Positions 1 to 11,332 of a stretch of 64,000 bases of DNA are shown here, piece by piece. How positions within the stretch are numbered: position 1 is the stretch's first letter; each line of letters opens with the position of its first letter. Location: assembly GCA_963666315.2 (NCBI GenBank), contig CAXXHG010000021.1, forward strand, positions 128,001 to 192,000, in the 5' to 3' direction. Position numbers and translations under genes: made by a program. The notes under the pieces were generated by a model, which was not told the origin of the DNA, did no database searches, and worked only from the letters and a program-made list of their open reading frames with translations. Source of the DNA: Candidatus Binatia bacterium (lineage in GTDB: Bacteria > Desulfobacterota > Binatia > Bin18).

Positions 1-461
1 GCTTCGAATGCAGCGCGGGTACAAAACAGAAAACTCCCGCTGGCCAGCCTGGCACGACTGTACAGCGGAGAGATCGTGCGCTCTGCGATTTTGCCATACC
101 ACGGCAGCGGCCGATCAAAGCGAAATCGACAGCCGCCGCCCACGGCTCCGTTTTGCATGGCCAGCACGGCCGCGTGAACAACAGCTTTATGAACGAGCGT
201 GTCCGCGTCAACAAAGATGAACCAGCGGCCTTGCGCCGCCTGGGCCCCAACATTGCGTGTGGCTGCGATGTGTCTTTTATTGACTGAAAGAATCCGAACG
301 CCATGCGCTGCAGCAATAGCAGTCGTCTGGTCAGTCGAAGCATCATCGACAACGAGAATTTCCGAGGACTCATCCACGGATTGAGCGGCTTCTTGTAACG
401 CCCGCAGTATCGGGCCTATGTTGTCTTGTTCGTTGTAGGCGGGGATGATGAACGAGATCAC
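1..461 (-). CDS. Glycosyltransferase family 2 (runs off window edge)
   Basis: Not in the ORF track. Manual translation from GTG at 461: MISFIIPAYNEQDNI...EILVVDDASTDQT...RNVGAQAAQGRWFIFVDADT, with GT-A fold and DxD motifs. Confidence 0.85.
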   Translation of the reverse strand, partial: MISFIIPAYNEQDNIGPILRALQEAAQSVDESSEILVVDDASTDQTTAIAAAHGVRILSVNKRHIAATRNVGAQAAQGRWFIFVDADTLVHKAVVHAAVLAMQNGAVGGGCRFRFDRPLPWYGKIAERTISPLYSRARLASGSFLFCTRAAFE

Positions 462-628
462 GCGGATTGACCTGCGGATTGATCTGACGGAAGAGAAACC
501 GGTACGACCGCCGATTCACGAACACCGACCAGTTCGTTGACGGCTGCCGCGCTCGACTCTTCTGCCCGTGTTGCTTGAGCCAATATGGGTGAGATGATCA
601 ATATGGGCCAAGTTGGGTAGAGCAGGCT

Positions 629-1117
629 TTACGGTTTGACCGCAATGGCCTCGACCTCGATGAGCAAGCCAGGAAAAGCCAGCCCTGCGACGACGACGGC
701 CGTGCTGGCGGGCGGGGTATTCCCAAAAACATCGCCGCGCGCTTCGAGCATATCCATGAATTTGCTGCCGTCCGTAATATACGTATTGATCTTAATGATG
801 TGCTCCATCTTGGCCCCGGCGGCGGCAAGGACGGCTTTGATGTTGCGAAACACCTGGCGCGTCTGGGCTTTCATATTGCCCTTACCGACCAGTTTTCCTT
901 GCGGATTGAAGGCGATCTGGCCGGACACATAGATGGTATTGCCGATTTGTTTAGCCTGGGCTAACGGCAGGCCGTCGTCCCAGCTCCAGCCTGGGTCGAT
1001 GATTATGGGGACTGCTGCATCCTGTGCGGAGGCGGGCGTCTTCCGTGCGGCTTTCTTAGTTGCTGGGCGGGTGGCTTTCGTTGCTGTTCGCGTGCGACGG
1101 GCCGTTTGCGCTGCCAT
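629..1117 (-). CDS. RidA/YjgF family protein with basic N-terminal extension
   Basis: IYVSGQIA, QTRQVFRNI, PPASTAVVVAGLAFPGLLIEVEAIA. Lacks the catalytic Arg. Confidence 0.85.
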   Translation of the reverse strand: MAAQTARRTRTATKATRPATKKAARKTPASAQDAAVPIIIDPGWSWDDGLPLAQAKQIGNTIYVSGQIAFNPQGKLVGKGNMKAQTRQVFRNIKAVLAAAGAKMEHIIKINTYITDGSKFMDMLEARGDVFGNTPPASTAVVVAGLAFPGLLIEVEAIAVKP

Positions 1118-1178
1118 ATTTCTCCCTCCTTTTGAGCTGTATCTTCAACGTCTGAGAACGTATTTGTCAAGTCTCAGG

Positions 1179-2449
1179 TTAGGCCTCAACAGGTCCTGGG
1201 GTGAAGCGACACGGCATATGCTTAATGCCATGAATGAAATTATGCATCAGACGTTCAGGCGCCGCCGTGATTTCAATGTCCGGCATACGCCGAAACAATT
1301 CACGAAACATGACTGCCATTTCGCGCCGCGCCAGGTTCGCACCCAAACAGAAGTGCGTGCCTGCCCCAAATCCAACCTGTTCGTTAGGGGTGCGGGTGAT
1401 ATCAAAGCGATACGGGTCCTCAAACGCGTCCTCGTCGCGATTGGCGGAAGAATACAGCAGCCACACTTTTTCCCCTTCACGCAGGGCCTGTCCGCCGATC
1501 TCGGTGTCACACATCGTTGTCCGGCGCATATAGATTACCGGGCTGGCCCAGCGCACGATCTCTTCGATCGCGGTCTTATAATGCGTGTCAAAATCAGACT
1601 GCCACAGTTGGCGTTGGTCTGGGTGGTCACACAAGAGTTTGATGCCATGACTGATCGCGTTGCGTGTGGTTTCGTTCCCGGCTGCAGTCAGCAGCACGAA
1701 GAAAGAGCCGATCTCATCGACGCTGAGCCGGTCGCCGTCTACTTCAGCGTGCACGAGCGCCGACGTCAGATCGTCCGTCGGCTGCTGTAGACGCTGCTGG
1801 CGCATGTCCTTCATCAGCTCACTCAGCTCCCGTGCGGCTTGGATGCCGGCCATAAAGCGTTCGGCAAGATCCTCGGTCCCGTATTCAGGGTCTGCTCTGC
1901 CGAGGAGAATATTGGTTTTCTGAAAGACAAAGGGGTGTTGGCTTTCCGGGATGCCCATCATTTCGCAGATGATTTGGATAGGAAACGGGCGGCAATACTA
2001 TCAACAAAATCACACTCGCCTGTTTCGATCACGCTATTCAAGACTCGCTGGGCAGTGGTCTGCACGTTGGCTTCAACGGTGCGCAGTCGGCGTGGAGTGA
2101 AAGCCTGGGAGATCAAACCGCGCAGTCGTTTGTGCCGGGGATCGTCCGCCACAATCATGGACTCAAACACATCGATCGTACCCGGGGGTGTATCTATCGT
2201 CGTAATACCCTGGGCGGACGAGAAGATGTGCGGATTCAGGCTGGCGTGCAGCACCTCGGCATGTTTGCTCAGCACCCAGTAGCCGGCGCCGGGTATGCCA
2301 AAGCTGGTGTCGCCCTCTTCAAAAAAGGCTATCGGCCGTTCACGTCGGAGCAGCGCAAAGGCGCCCTCTCGCTCCTCAAGGGGTTTCAGCCAAAAGTCCC
2401 AGCTCGAAAGATCAATGTCGTCTATGGAATCCGGATGGTGCAGCTGCAT
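1179..2449 (-). pseudogene. Cytochrome P450 (CYP124/125-like), frameshifted near 1990
   Basis: Two ORFs (1958..2494, 1179..1961) give one P450: AAGNETT I-helix, EEIVR, FGAGTHFCLG heme motif. One base is missing in a C run; may be a sequencing error. Confidence 0.85.
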
Positions 2450-2647
2450 TTTTCTCCTTACTTCAGTGTGCGCAGGACAAGAACGCCAAGCCAATGCACG
2501 GCACTATAGCGCATCGGTACGTCGGAACAAGATGTGAAGCGCACGTATGCCTAGTGTGCGTATACAGACCCCTTTGCTTTCCCGTACTGGGAATGCCGTT
2601 GGGGCACTTGGGAAGAGGTCTTACTCAGCGTGCTGACACGCTCGTTT

Positions 2648-2698
2648 CGTAGGGTGCATCCCATGCACCAGATATCCGGTGCGCAGGGCGCACCCTAC
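2648..2698. repeat. GTAG-type REP pair
   Basis: GTAGGGTGCATCCCATGCACC and inverted GGTGCGCAGGGCGCACCCTAC. The second matches 21522..21542 with one mismatch. Confidence 0.75.
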
Positions 2699-2860
2699 TG
2701 TCGTGTTCGAGTTGAAACCGTGCGTTATGTTATCGTCGTTCCCCTTCGACAAGCTCAGGGCGAGCGGAAAAAGAGGTGGCAGACAAGGCCCGTTCGTGCT
2801 GAGCCCCATCGAAGTATGAACGGGCCATCATGCACAACTTCAACGTAGACGCTGCACTAC
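2696..2860. mobile_element. MITE-like element, palindromic cargo family A
   Basis: TAC direct repeats at 2696-2698 and 2858-2860, imperfect terminal inverted repeats, core CCCTTCGACAAGCTCAGGGCGAGCGG...CCGTTCGTGCTGAGCCCCATCGAAG shared with 30918.. and 48773.. Confidence 0.6.
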
Positions 2861-2870
2861 ATTTTATCTC

Positions 2871-4323
2871 TCAGGCACAAACCGGTGGCCGTTTGTCTAT
2901 CCACGGTTGGGCTTGCTCAATTTGTGACGCTATCCTCAGTAGGACGTCTTCTTGGCCATACGCGGGCACAAAATGCACGCCGACCGGTAGACCGTCTGGC
3001 GTCCAGTGCAGCGGCAGCGAAAGCGCAGGCTGGCCGGTTATATTATTCGCTGGCGTAAAGGGAATCACGTCGAGGTTGCGGTTCCATTTAGCGAGAGTGT
3101 CATGAGCTGGACCGCCCATATCGCCTAAGCGTGGTGGCGGCTCACCCAAGGTAGGGGTGACGAGCAGGTCAAAACCCTCCGTCCACCAACTGGCCATGCG
3201 CCGGGTCCAGGCGTGCAGCCAGTTCATGCATGAGAGGTAGCTGGTGGCCGAAATCTTGCGGCCTTCTTCCACAAAGCGCCAGGCGTAGGGCTCAATGTCG
3301 CCTTCTCCTATTCTCTGTCCGGTTGCAGCTTCGACGTCGTCTGCGGTGAGTGCTGAGTGCTGAGTGCGCGTTTACCACCTGGCAGAAGTGCTCGATCCAT
3401 TCTGCTTCGTCGTAGGCTGCGGGGTGCGCAATCTCGACCGTGTGACCCAGAGAGTCGAGCAGCTTGCCCGCATTCTCAACCGCGATTTTGCACTCCGAAT
3501 GCAGGGGGGCGTCGTTGCGTGGTTTCTGGAGCATCAGCCCGATGCGCAACGTGCCGGGATCACGTCCGACTTCTTCTTTGTACGGGCGCTCAGGAGTTGG
3601 CGCACTATACGGGTCTCCGGGCATCAGGCCCCGCATAATGTCTAAGACGCCGGCAATATCTCGGACTGACAATGTCATAACGCCTTCATTGGCCAAGCCA
3701 TGCCAGCACTCCCCCATCCCTGGACCAAACGATGTACGGCCACGACTGGGCTTCAAGCCAATAATACCGCACATGCTGGCCGGGATGCGCAGCGAACCCC
3801 CGCCGTCTCCGCCATGACCGACGGCGACAATGCGGGCGGCAACGGAGGCCGAGCTGCCGCCGCTTGAGCCGCCCGGAGAGTGATCCAGGTTCCACGGGTT
3901 ATGCGTTGGGCCATAGGCAGCCGGTTCCGTTGTGCCCATCAGGCCCCACTCTGGGGTGTTTGTTCGTCCTACACTAATGAATCCCGCCTCACGAAACTTG
4001 ACCGATAGATACGTGTCCTGGGGCGAGGTGAAGTTCAGCCGCTTGAGGAACTGCATGCCGTTGTGCAACGGCTCTCCCGCCGGGCCGCCGAGCAGATCTT
4101 TCATCACAAAGGGGACGCCGCGAAAGGGACCGTCTGGTAGGTCTGTGGCCTGGGCTTGTCTGCGAGCTTTGTCAAACAGGGGGTGAATGATGGCATTCAA
4201 TTGAGGGTTGAGCTTTTCGATCCGACCGATGGCGGCGTCTACCAGCTCCAGTGCACTCGCGTCTCCTTTGCGAATGAGTTCGGCCTGTCCGGTTGCATCC
4301 AGATACACGAATTGATCAGCCAT
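2871..4323 (-). pseudogene. Amidase signature family protein, frameshifted by a heptamer repeat
   Basis: GVPFVMKDL, SPGGSSGGS, DGGGSLRIPASMCG, C-terminal GLPVGV. The frameshift coincides with (TGAGTGC)x3 at 3347-3367. Confidence 0.88.
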
Positions 4324-4374
4324 GGTATGACTCCTTGCGAAAAGCTACAGAGAGAAACCTTTGTCACTGCGCTC

Positions 4375-4774
4375 AAGGCGCATTGTTCCGTCCAAAATGG
4401 CAATCCCGCTGATTCAATCATCTGTTCAGGCAGAAAGAGGCCTTTAATCTCAACCCACGTACTAGTGGGCGAGTGCTCCCCAAAAGCATTGCGAAAGACG
4501 TCGGCCGTGTTCGTGGTATAGACGGTCTGGGAGACCCAGTTTTAAAAGTAGCTCCCTCAGCGGCCAGGCAGCGTTTCACGATCTCTAGGGTCTGCGCGAC
4601 CTGGGCGCGCATGTCCCCCGCGCCGACAACTTCAACATTTTCTAGATCGCCCTTGAGCGGGGTAACGCCAGACAGGTAGAGGGTGTTACCAGCTCTGATA
4701 TTTTGGGTGAACGCATAGGTTTGAAATGTCTCATCCGCAATATAGCCAACATCGGGGTTGCTGCGGGTAATCAT
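4375..4774 (-). pseudogene. RidA family protein, frameshifted
   Basis: TLYLSGVTP...MRAQVAQTLEIVKRCL. The shifted frame continues NWVSQTVYTT...SPTSTWVEIKGLFLPEQMIE. 3' end approximate. Confidence 0.7.
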
Positions 4775-4868
4775 ACGACGTCTCCTTTTTTAATTATAAT
4801 CGGTTCTGACTGTATGAAAAACGCTCTGGCCACGTCAAGGGAGAGACCCCCAGGAGACCCATAGTCGA

Positions 4869-5080
4869 TTACGGAATCAACCCGGCCACGCGCCAGAATG
4901 GTCTCGCCTGCTGTAAGAGTTCCGCGTTCATATCGAGGGTAACTACGGTAGCTCGTCCGATAGATGTTCTACCGATCAGTCTTTTCCAATCCTGGCTCCA
5001 ACGGAGATGCTCTTCCCATATGGCGCGCCGGAACTCGGGCAGTCACCTGTGGACGGATCCTTGTCTGAGTTGAGGCTGGG
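4869..5080 (-). pseudogene. C-terminal remnant of a small HNH endonuclease (putative toxin)
   Basis: Manual translation: DPSTG ... IWEEHLRWSQDWKRLIGRTSIGRATVVTLDMNAELLQQARPFW*, resembling the tail of small HNH proteins. The HNH core is absent. Confidence 0.6.
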
Positions 5081-5449
5081 CGGGCGACGATGCCCTCAGT
5101 GCCTGCTGGAAACGAGCCTGCGGGCCGGCCGCGCTCATCAAAAAGTTCTGGTCGTAGGGCGAGGGCGAGGGCCTGAGAGTTCGCGAATAGCATCTGATCT
5201 ACTTCGGCTCCGAGTTGCTTTAGTTCTCGCTGCTCTGATCGACTGAGCGGACCTTCAGCTCGCTCTTCTATCAATTTTGTGAGACGCAGCTGCTTTTTTC
5301 GAGGAGAGCCGTTGGAGGGACACGACCGTCGTTTCCTGATCAGGGGCGGCAGTCGCCAGCAGCTGCTGGGCGAGTCGCCTCTGAAGCGCGAGAGGAAGCT
5401 GCTTCGCGGCTGCCAATGCTACTTTTAGTGCTTGCTCATTCTGGGCCAT
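5080..5449 (-). pseudogene. Small helical protein, putative antitoxin partner of the HNH remnant, frameshifted
   Basis: MAQNEQALKVALAAAKQLPLALQRRLAQQLL joined across a shift to LSRSEQRELKQLGAEVDQML. Lies directly upstream of the HNH remnant. Confidence 0.45.
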
Positions 5450-5556
5450 AACTAGGACGTCTTCTCGATAAGAGACTGTGAGGACAAATGTAGCAGAGGC
5501 GGAATACCTTGCAACAGGGATTGCCTGAGGAAGCAACTACCTCAACGTCACAACTA

Positions 5557-6000
5557 TCACGAAGGGGTAAGTATCTGCTGCATTTCTTCTTCGGTCGGCG
5601 CTTTCGGACATGTGGGGAGGGCTGAATTCAGAACATCCCATGGATGGCCACTCGGGGTCCAGACGTTGATCGCGGGCTGAAACTGACTCGGATCATCTGT
5701 GCTCGCAGCCCACAGTCCTATAAGGTCGGGAACGAGATCGGCCAGGATAAAGACGGGCGAGCCACATTTTTGACAGGAGCCCCGACTGACGGCATCGCCG
5801 CTCTCGGCCTTGACCTCGTAGTACGTTGCCTCCCGCGTGTTAGTGAGGGCGGCTTTCGGGACATACGAGATAGGGCAAAATGCACTCCCACTCGCGCACT
5901 GACAGTCTCGGCAGTGACAATTCCAGGAGAAGACCGGCTCAGCCGTATATTCGTAGCGAATCGCGCCACACGCACAGCCGCCAGAGAACGGGGTAGACAT
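5557..6000 (-). CDS. GFA (CENP-V/Mss4-like) family Zn-binding protein
   Basis: GGCACGAIRY, CHCRDCQ, CQKCGSP. RBS GGAGG upstream of ATG 6000. Confidence 0.85.
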   Translation of the reverse strand: MSTPFSGGCACGAIRYEYTAEPVFSWNCHCRDCQCASGSAFCPISYVPKAALTNTREATYYEVKAESGDAVSRGSCQKCGSPVFILADLVPDLIGLWAASTDDPSQFQPAINVWTPSGHPWDVLNSALPTCPKAPTEEEMQQILTPS

Positions 6001-6076
6001 CTGACGGTCCTCCTTTCCGTTCTCTGGCTGTATCACTAAGTTTACGCTGACAAAACCTCCAGGAGGCTGGCACTGT

Positions 6077-6608
6077 ATGGATGCTGGGATGAAACATCTC
6101 CCAGATATCCCCAAAATATTCTTCACCTTTGACCAGCTCCCCACGACTATACAGACTGCACTCGCCACGTATTTCCGTACAGCCGGCATACAGGCGACGA
6201 GCGTACCCTCCACGCTACCCGGTCAGCGGACGCAGGGCGAACACGGCGAGGGCGCGCAGTACGCTTTGGGGTGTACGATTGAGGAGTTTTCGCTCTTGAG
6301 CCTGCGACGCTATCAAGAATATCGTCCGCAAAACCCGTTCAGTTCACATCTGAGGACCTTCGCCGTCCGGGGGCCGACTCGTGCGACAGTCTCTCTTACC
6401 CTCACGCGTTACCACCTGCCCTCACACCAGGTGGTATGGCGAGAAAATGTCTGGGACATCATACACGATCCCCCAACGAGGTGAGTCACGTCACCGCTAC
6501 GGGACCGTCGAGGAGACGCTCAGCGTTGCCCCGAGTCGCACGGTGGAGAGTATTCTGGCCACCCCCAGCCTCCAAGCGGTGTTGCTGAAATTCATCCCTA
6601 CGACTTGA
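6077..6608 (+). pseudogene. Hypothetical protein fragment, frameshifted near 6475
   Basis: Two overlapping ORFs read as one protein-like sequence. No family recognised. Confidence 0.35.
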
Positions 6609-6664
6609 CCTTCCAGCAGACACACGTAGCAGGAGAGGAGGGCTGGGGGCAGGAGAGGAGGGCT

Positions 6665-7079
6665 ATGACACAGAGCAGCATTGAAGGCGGGTGTCTGTGT
6701 GGGGCTGTGCGGTATCGTGTCAATGGCGCGGCGTCATATCCTGTGGTGTGTCACTGTGAGTCTTGCCGGCGCGCGTGTGGGGCACAGGCGGTTGCCTGGG
6801 TGACTTTTCCTACGGAGCAGTTCCGTTACCGGACGTCCGGTGGAGTTTCAGTCCTCAACGCCTGTTAAGCGGACATTCTGCGGTCGGTGTGGCACGTCAC
6901 TCATGTATCAACACACGAATACGCCGGAGGAGATCGATATTACCACCGCCAGTTTAGATAGGCCGGACGAGTTCTTTCCTGTACGGCATGTATGGGTCAG
7001 TGAGAAAGTGGGCTGAGTAGATCTGAACGATGCCTTACCCCAGTTTGAGCGCACGAGCACAAACAGACACGAAGGATGA
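6665..7079 (+). pseudogene. GFA family protein, frameshift plus nonsense codon
   Basis: EGGCLCGAVRY, CHCESCRR, then RTFCGRCGTSL in a shifted frame. TGA at 7014 sits where Trp is expected (VG*VDLNDALPQF). Confidence 0.8.
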
Positions 7080-7150
7080 ACGTTTCGCTACGGAGCGTCC
7101 GATCCCAGTGCCCCATACAACGTGGGGTCACTGGACGGGATCCTTGCCGG

Positions 7151-7552
7151 CTACGCTGTAGTTGCGCCTGCGGCTAGGACAAAGAGCCAAATGCAACAGC
7201 CAAACGCGACCACAAAACTCAGAGTACGCATTGGCGCTATATTCGTGATGTAAAAAATAGGATGCAGAACGCGGGCGACAATAAACACCATGGCCAATGT
7301 TGCCGAGCTGGCGGCGTCCGCGCCTGCGAGATGTGCGACAATCACTGCTGAGCCAAAAACAGCGACGGCTTCCCACGCGTTCTGCTGCGCGGCGTTGGCG
7401 CGAGCCCCGCCGTCCTTCAAGTCTAGGGCTTGGGTCCGGGGATTCTGCAAGTCCGGTTTCCCGAATTGTTTAACCCGAAAGTATACGGTCGTCCCCGCCA
7501 GTACGTACGGGATAAATACCGCAATCAAAAGACACCAAAATGGCGTAGTCAT
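7151..7552 (-). CDS. MAPEG family membrane protein
   Basis: NPR, ARANAAQQNAWEA, FIVARVLHPIFYI, RTLSF. RBS GAGGAGG. Confidence 0.85.
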   Translation of the reverse strand: MTTPFWCLLIAVFIPYVLAGTTVYFRVKQFGKPDLQNPRTQALDLKDGGARANAAQQNAWEAVAVFGSAVIVAHLAGADAASSATLAMVFIVARVLHPIFYITNIAPMRTLSFVVAFGCCIWLFVLAAGATTA

Positions 7553-7659
7553 GACGTTTCCTCCTCGTTTCCCCGTGGTGTTATGTGAATCTACGCATAA
7601 CATGTCAGAGAGGAGGTACAAAAGCGAGAGAGTTTTACATCGTTTTACAAACCGGCTGC

Positions 7660-9023
7660 TTAGTGCGTCGGGGACAACCGCAAGACAGCTTTCCCTATCC
7701 CCGGCCAAACGCGCAACACACCGAACGTAGAGCGGATGACGATCCAGACCGTCATCACCAGCCAGACTTGAGCAAAGGCGCTGGTGTGGCTGGGATCAAT
7801 CCGGGTGAGTAGAAGAACTCCCGTGCCCGTGGCCAGGATCATGACGTTGCGTAGGTAGGCGTAATCGCCGGTTCCCCAATGGATGCCGTCAGTGACAAAG
7901 GAGAGGGAGTTGAGGGGCTGGGTCAGGGCGCAGATGAGAAGTCCCGTCAGGAAGAGTGAGTGCGCACTCGGAGGAACGAGGAGTGCGGCCAGCGTGTGAT
8001 CAAAGAGGAGGAGCATCAACAGCAGACAACCGCCTGTTCCCAGCGCCCAGCGACACGCAACCCGAGCCGCCAGTCGGGCGATAGACCGGCGGTCTGCACC
8101 AAGAAAATAGCCGATCAGACTTTGGGCTGTAACGGCAAAGGCGTCCAGCAAAAAGGCCAGAAATATCCACAACTGGCGCAGCGCCTGATGGGCTGCGCCG
8201 GCCTCAATGCTGATCTGCAGAGCGGTCCAGGTCGCCGCCGACATAAACACCTGGGCTAAGCCAGTACGCACAGCCAAGTCACGGCCAATCATAAAAAAAC
8301 GTCGTGCGTGCTGCCAATCAAAATCAAAAGCAAGCTGTGTTTGCTTAGCCACAACCCAGAGTGCCCATACCATCCCAACAACCTGACTGACGATTGTTGC
8401 CCAGGCTGCGCCTGCAATGCCCATGGCAGGAATCGATCTCCAACCAAAAATCAGAATAGGATCGAGAATAATATTGGTAAGACTCATGCCTCCTGCTATC
8501 CACAGCGGCGTTTTCATGTCGTGCAGTCCGCGCATAACGCCAAAGGCGGCAATGATGATGAGGCTGGGTATTACACCCAGGAGACGAATTTTCATATAGA
8601 TCTGTGTATCTGTCTGGACAGTGGCATCGGTACTCATCCAAACCGAAAAATTTTCTACTCCAGGCAAGGTGATGAGGGTCAGCCCCAGGCCCAGCATTGC
8701 TGCAAGCACCAGACCAAGACTAGCGATACTCCCGACTCGCTGCGTCTTTCCCGCGCCCATGCCACCCATGGTGTGAGCAACTTCGGTCTGCATGCCTATG
8801 CCAAGAAAATTAAAGATCCACAATACGCCAGACAGGAGGGGGTGGCTGCGCCGAGTCCGGCTGCCGATGTCGCACCCAGACGTTCAACAAAGGCAGTATC
8901 GACCAGGCTGGCAAAGGGCTCGACAACGAGAGAAGCCATGACCGGCAGGGCAAAAGTGACAAAAGTGCGGTGCGGATATCGGACGAATGGATGGGCGTCC
9001 GGCGCCTCAACAGGGAGGGTCAT
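7660..9023 (-). pseudogene. MATE family efflux transporter (DinF-like), frameshifted near 8840
   Basis: ALPVMASLVVEPFASLVDTAFVERLG, RGLHDMKTPL, NIILDPILIFG. Extra bases in a C run. Confidence 0.85.
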
Positions 9024-9177
9024 ACGAGCTGTTACTGTACTGGATTTTTGGAGTTTCCTCGCCCCTGAGGGAAGAGGCTGAAAGGGATACCAAACGGATC
9101 TCGCCTTAGGCTAGAGTCGCTCTGGGCTATGGGAGAAGAACCGACAGATCGTCGAAAGTCGGGCTGGTTGCGTTGAA

Positions 9178-9756
9178 CTAAAACCAATAGTCATCCCAGA
9201 CAAGCAATCCCACGACTGCGCGGCGGCGCTGCCACTTCGTATATTCCTCCGCCGCCTCGACTGCCTTGCTTTCCTGCAAATGATACGAGAGGACGTCTCC
9301 CTGCGCACCGGGGGACTGCGAGGGTTCGGCCAAGACAATGAACGATTCGCCGAGCCCTGTGACCGGAGTCCGGTTACCTTGATCTCGTGGATTTACCGGA
9401 GGATGCTGGAGCTTCGCTCGCGTGTGGGAATTCGCCGGGCGGGTACTGTATCGTTTCTCCAACAACCAGACGTGGGCAAATCCTGGTGGAATCTGTTTGC
9501 GGGCCTCGGGATAGATCTGCTCTACACGATCCTTGGCGAGTAACAGACTCCAGCGTCGTCGGCGATTCGAGACGTAGATGAACAGCTGCCCGTCATCGCC
9601 ACGTCCGATGCGGGTGAAGGGTGTCCGAGCCGGCAGGATGCTCGAGGGGAAGTCTCGGTAATAGTAATCTGGTTGCGTCGTATCCATAACGAATCCAAGC
9701 AGCGCATGACAGAGTATGCACTAAAAGTTTACCTCGATAACGGTGATTTCAGACAT
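9178..9756 (-). pseudogene. Hypothetical protein with N-terminal CxxC, in-frame TAG at codon 12
   Basis: [27 protein letters not shown] is in frame with ORF 9178..9687. Confidence 0.4.
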
Positions 9757-9759
9757 GCT

Positions 9760-9923
9760 GCCCCTCTGAATCCATGCGTTATCAGCTGCGGTCAAGCCCC
9801 CGCCTGCGTCTCCGGTATTCACCGTTCCGGCTGGTTCAACCAGCATGACGTGACATTCTTGTGCGGCCAATGGTCAGAGAACCTAGTAAGTTTTTGCGCA
9901 AGGTTGATGGCTGTATGATTCAT
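9760..9923 (-). pseudogene. Small cupin protein remnant with internal deletion
   Basis: N-terminal [19 protein letters not shown] abuts C-terminal [30 protein letters not shown]. The cupin core is missing. Confidence 0.7.
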
Positions 9924-10059
9924 CGTACGATCTCTCTTCACCTTTCTATGGCTTTTGCGGTTCCGGCCATTTTAACATTCGCTCTCAAATTTGGTGCTGC
10001 TTCACATGCGTGCACTGTAAAAGAATTGTGCGAAAAGAAAGACTCGTCGTTATGGAGGC

Positions 10060-10530
10060 TTATGTCATGACAAACAGGGACAACTGTTGAGCGACCATAC
10101 ACGGACGTTCAGAGTTCTCGACCTCGACTGAATATGTGGCTTTGACCAAATACGCATCGTCTCCTCGCTTCCGAACCTCATCGAGGACGATATGGGCTCG
10201 CGCGCGTTGTCCTATGCGGAGTGGCGCCGTAAAACGAACCCGATCAAAGCCATAGTTCAATGTGTACATATGGTCGGACGTGACTAGCGGCAATCCACAC
10301 TCCTTCCAAAACTGCGGGATCAAACACAGGACATTCAGCCCGTGTGCTATCGTTCCTCCCCACGGGCTGTGCTTTGCCCACTCCGGATCATTGTGCATAG
10401 CGTCCGGATTCCCGGTAAGGACACCAAAAACGTCGGTCATCTTTTGTTCAATCGTGAACCAGTCGGTCACACCGACCTCGGTCCCGACGCGGGTCTTGAG
10501 ATCTTCGAACTGCTGAACGACCTCCTGCAT
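10060..10530 (-). CDS. MaoC family (hotdog) dehydratase
   Basis: VGVTDWFTIEQ, DAMHNDPE, GGTIAHG, NYGFDRVRFTAPL. Confidence 0.88.
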   Translation of the reverse strand: MQEVVQQFEDLKTRVGTEVGVTDWFTIEQKMTDVFGVLTGNPDAMHNDPEWAKHSPWGGTIAHGLNVLCLIPQFWKECGLPLVTSDHMYTLNYGFDRVRFTAPLRIGQRARAHIVLDEVRKRGDDAYLVKATYSVEVENSERPCMVAQQLSLFVMT

Positions 10531-10665
10531 GGCTGCCTTCCTCCTTATATTATGATGGACATTGTGAGCGGCATGGGGCCTCTCCCCTTCTTTTCAATTA
10601 CCGTTCTTCTAAAGCGAGGCGGATTCCAAAACCAATAAGAATCGTTCCATACACTCCCCCGAGTA

Positions 10666-11103
10666 CTATTCGGCCGCTACGCGCACCATCCACCGGTCCG
10701 GGTTGGGCAAGGTTTGAAAAGCACCGTAGCGACGGTATAACTTATGGGCATCATGAGTGGTCAGCACAAAGCGCCGAATATTTTCTAATTCCGGATGCGC
10801 GGTCACGCATTCAAGCGACCATTTGCTTAATCCCTTCCCGCGGTGGGCCTCGACGATAAACACGTCGCACAACCAGGCAAATGTTGCGTAATCGGTTACA
10901 AGGCGGTCAAAGCCGACTTGCTCGGCATCTGCGTACACCCCAAAGCACAGGGAATGTTTCATTGATTTTTCGACGATTGCGACTGAACGACCCTGCGCCC
11001 AATAGGACAACCGGCTTAGGAAAGAATGAATCAGTGCTATATTGAGTTTCGCATTGTCAGTGCTGATGACGTAATTGTTGCGATAATACGCTACGACTTC
11101 CAT
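10666..11103 (-). CDS. GNAT N-acetyltransferase
   Basis: SYWAQGRS, TDYATFAWLCDVFI, HRGKGL, DAHKLY. Confidence 0.85.
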   Translation of the reverse strand: MEVVAYYRNNYVISTDNAKLNIALIHSFLSRLSYWAQGRSVAIVEKSMKHSLCFGVYADAEQVGFDRLVTDYATFAWLCDVFIVEAHRGKGLSKWSLECVTAHPELENIRRFVLTTHDAHKLYRRYGAFQTLPNPDRWMVRVAAE

Positions 11104-11332
11104 TATTTCCTCCGTGAACCTTAGGTCGTCCACGCATTTAACTATTCCTTTCCAGCGTGCATCTCGCCTAGCCTACCATTACCTTGGTCAGAGTGACAAA
11201 ATTTCTCGATATCGCGTAAAATATCGTTAAAAGAAAAACCATGTTGTTCTTCCTTGCTGTTCCGTATAGAGGGGGAATGTATGAGGAGGAGAGCAGTGGA
11301 CTCGACGAGCAACTTGTGTGAGGAGGATAGAC

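Noticed and set aside
933-1790. 285-aa plus-strand ORF
   Set aside because: Antisense shadow of the P450 and RidA genes, with no recognisable motifs.
2640-2860. Hairpin clusters as CRISPR array or tRNA
   Set aside because: No regularly spaced direct repeats with unique spacers, no cas genes, and no cloverleaf.
7014-7016. In-frame TGA in GFA gene as selenocysteine
   Set aside because: The position corresponds to Trp rather than Cys, the gene is also frameshifted, and no SECIS-like stem is evident.
8308-9081. 257-aa plus-strand ORF
   Set aside because: Antisense to the MATE transporter.
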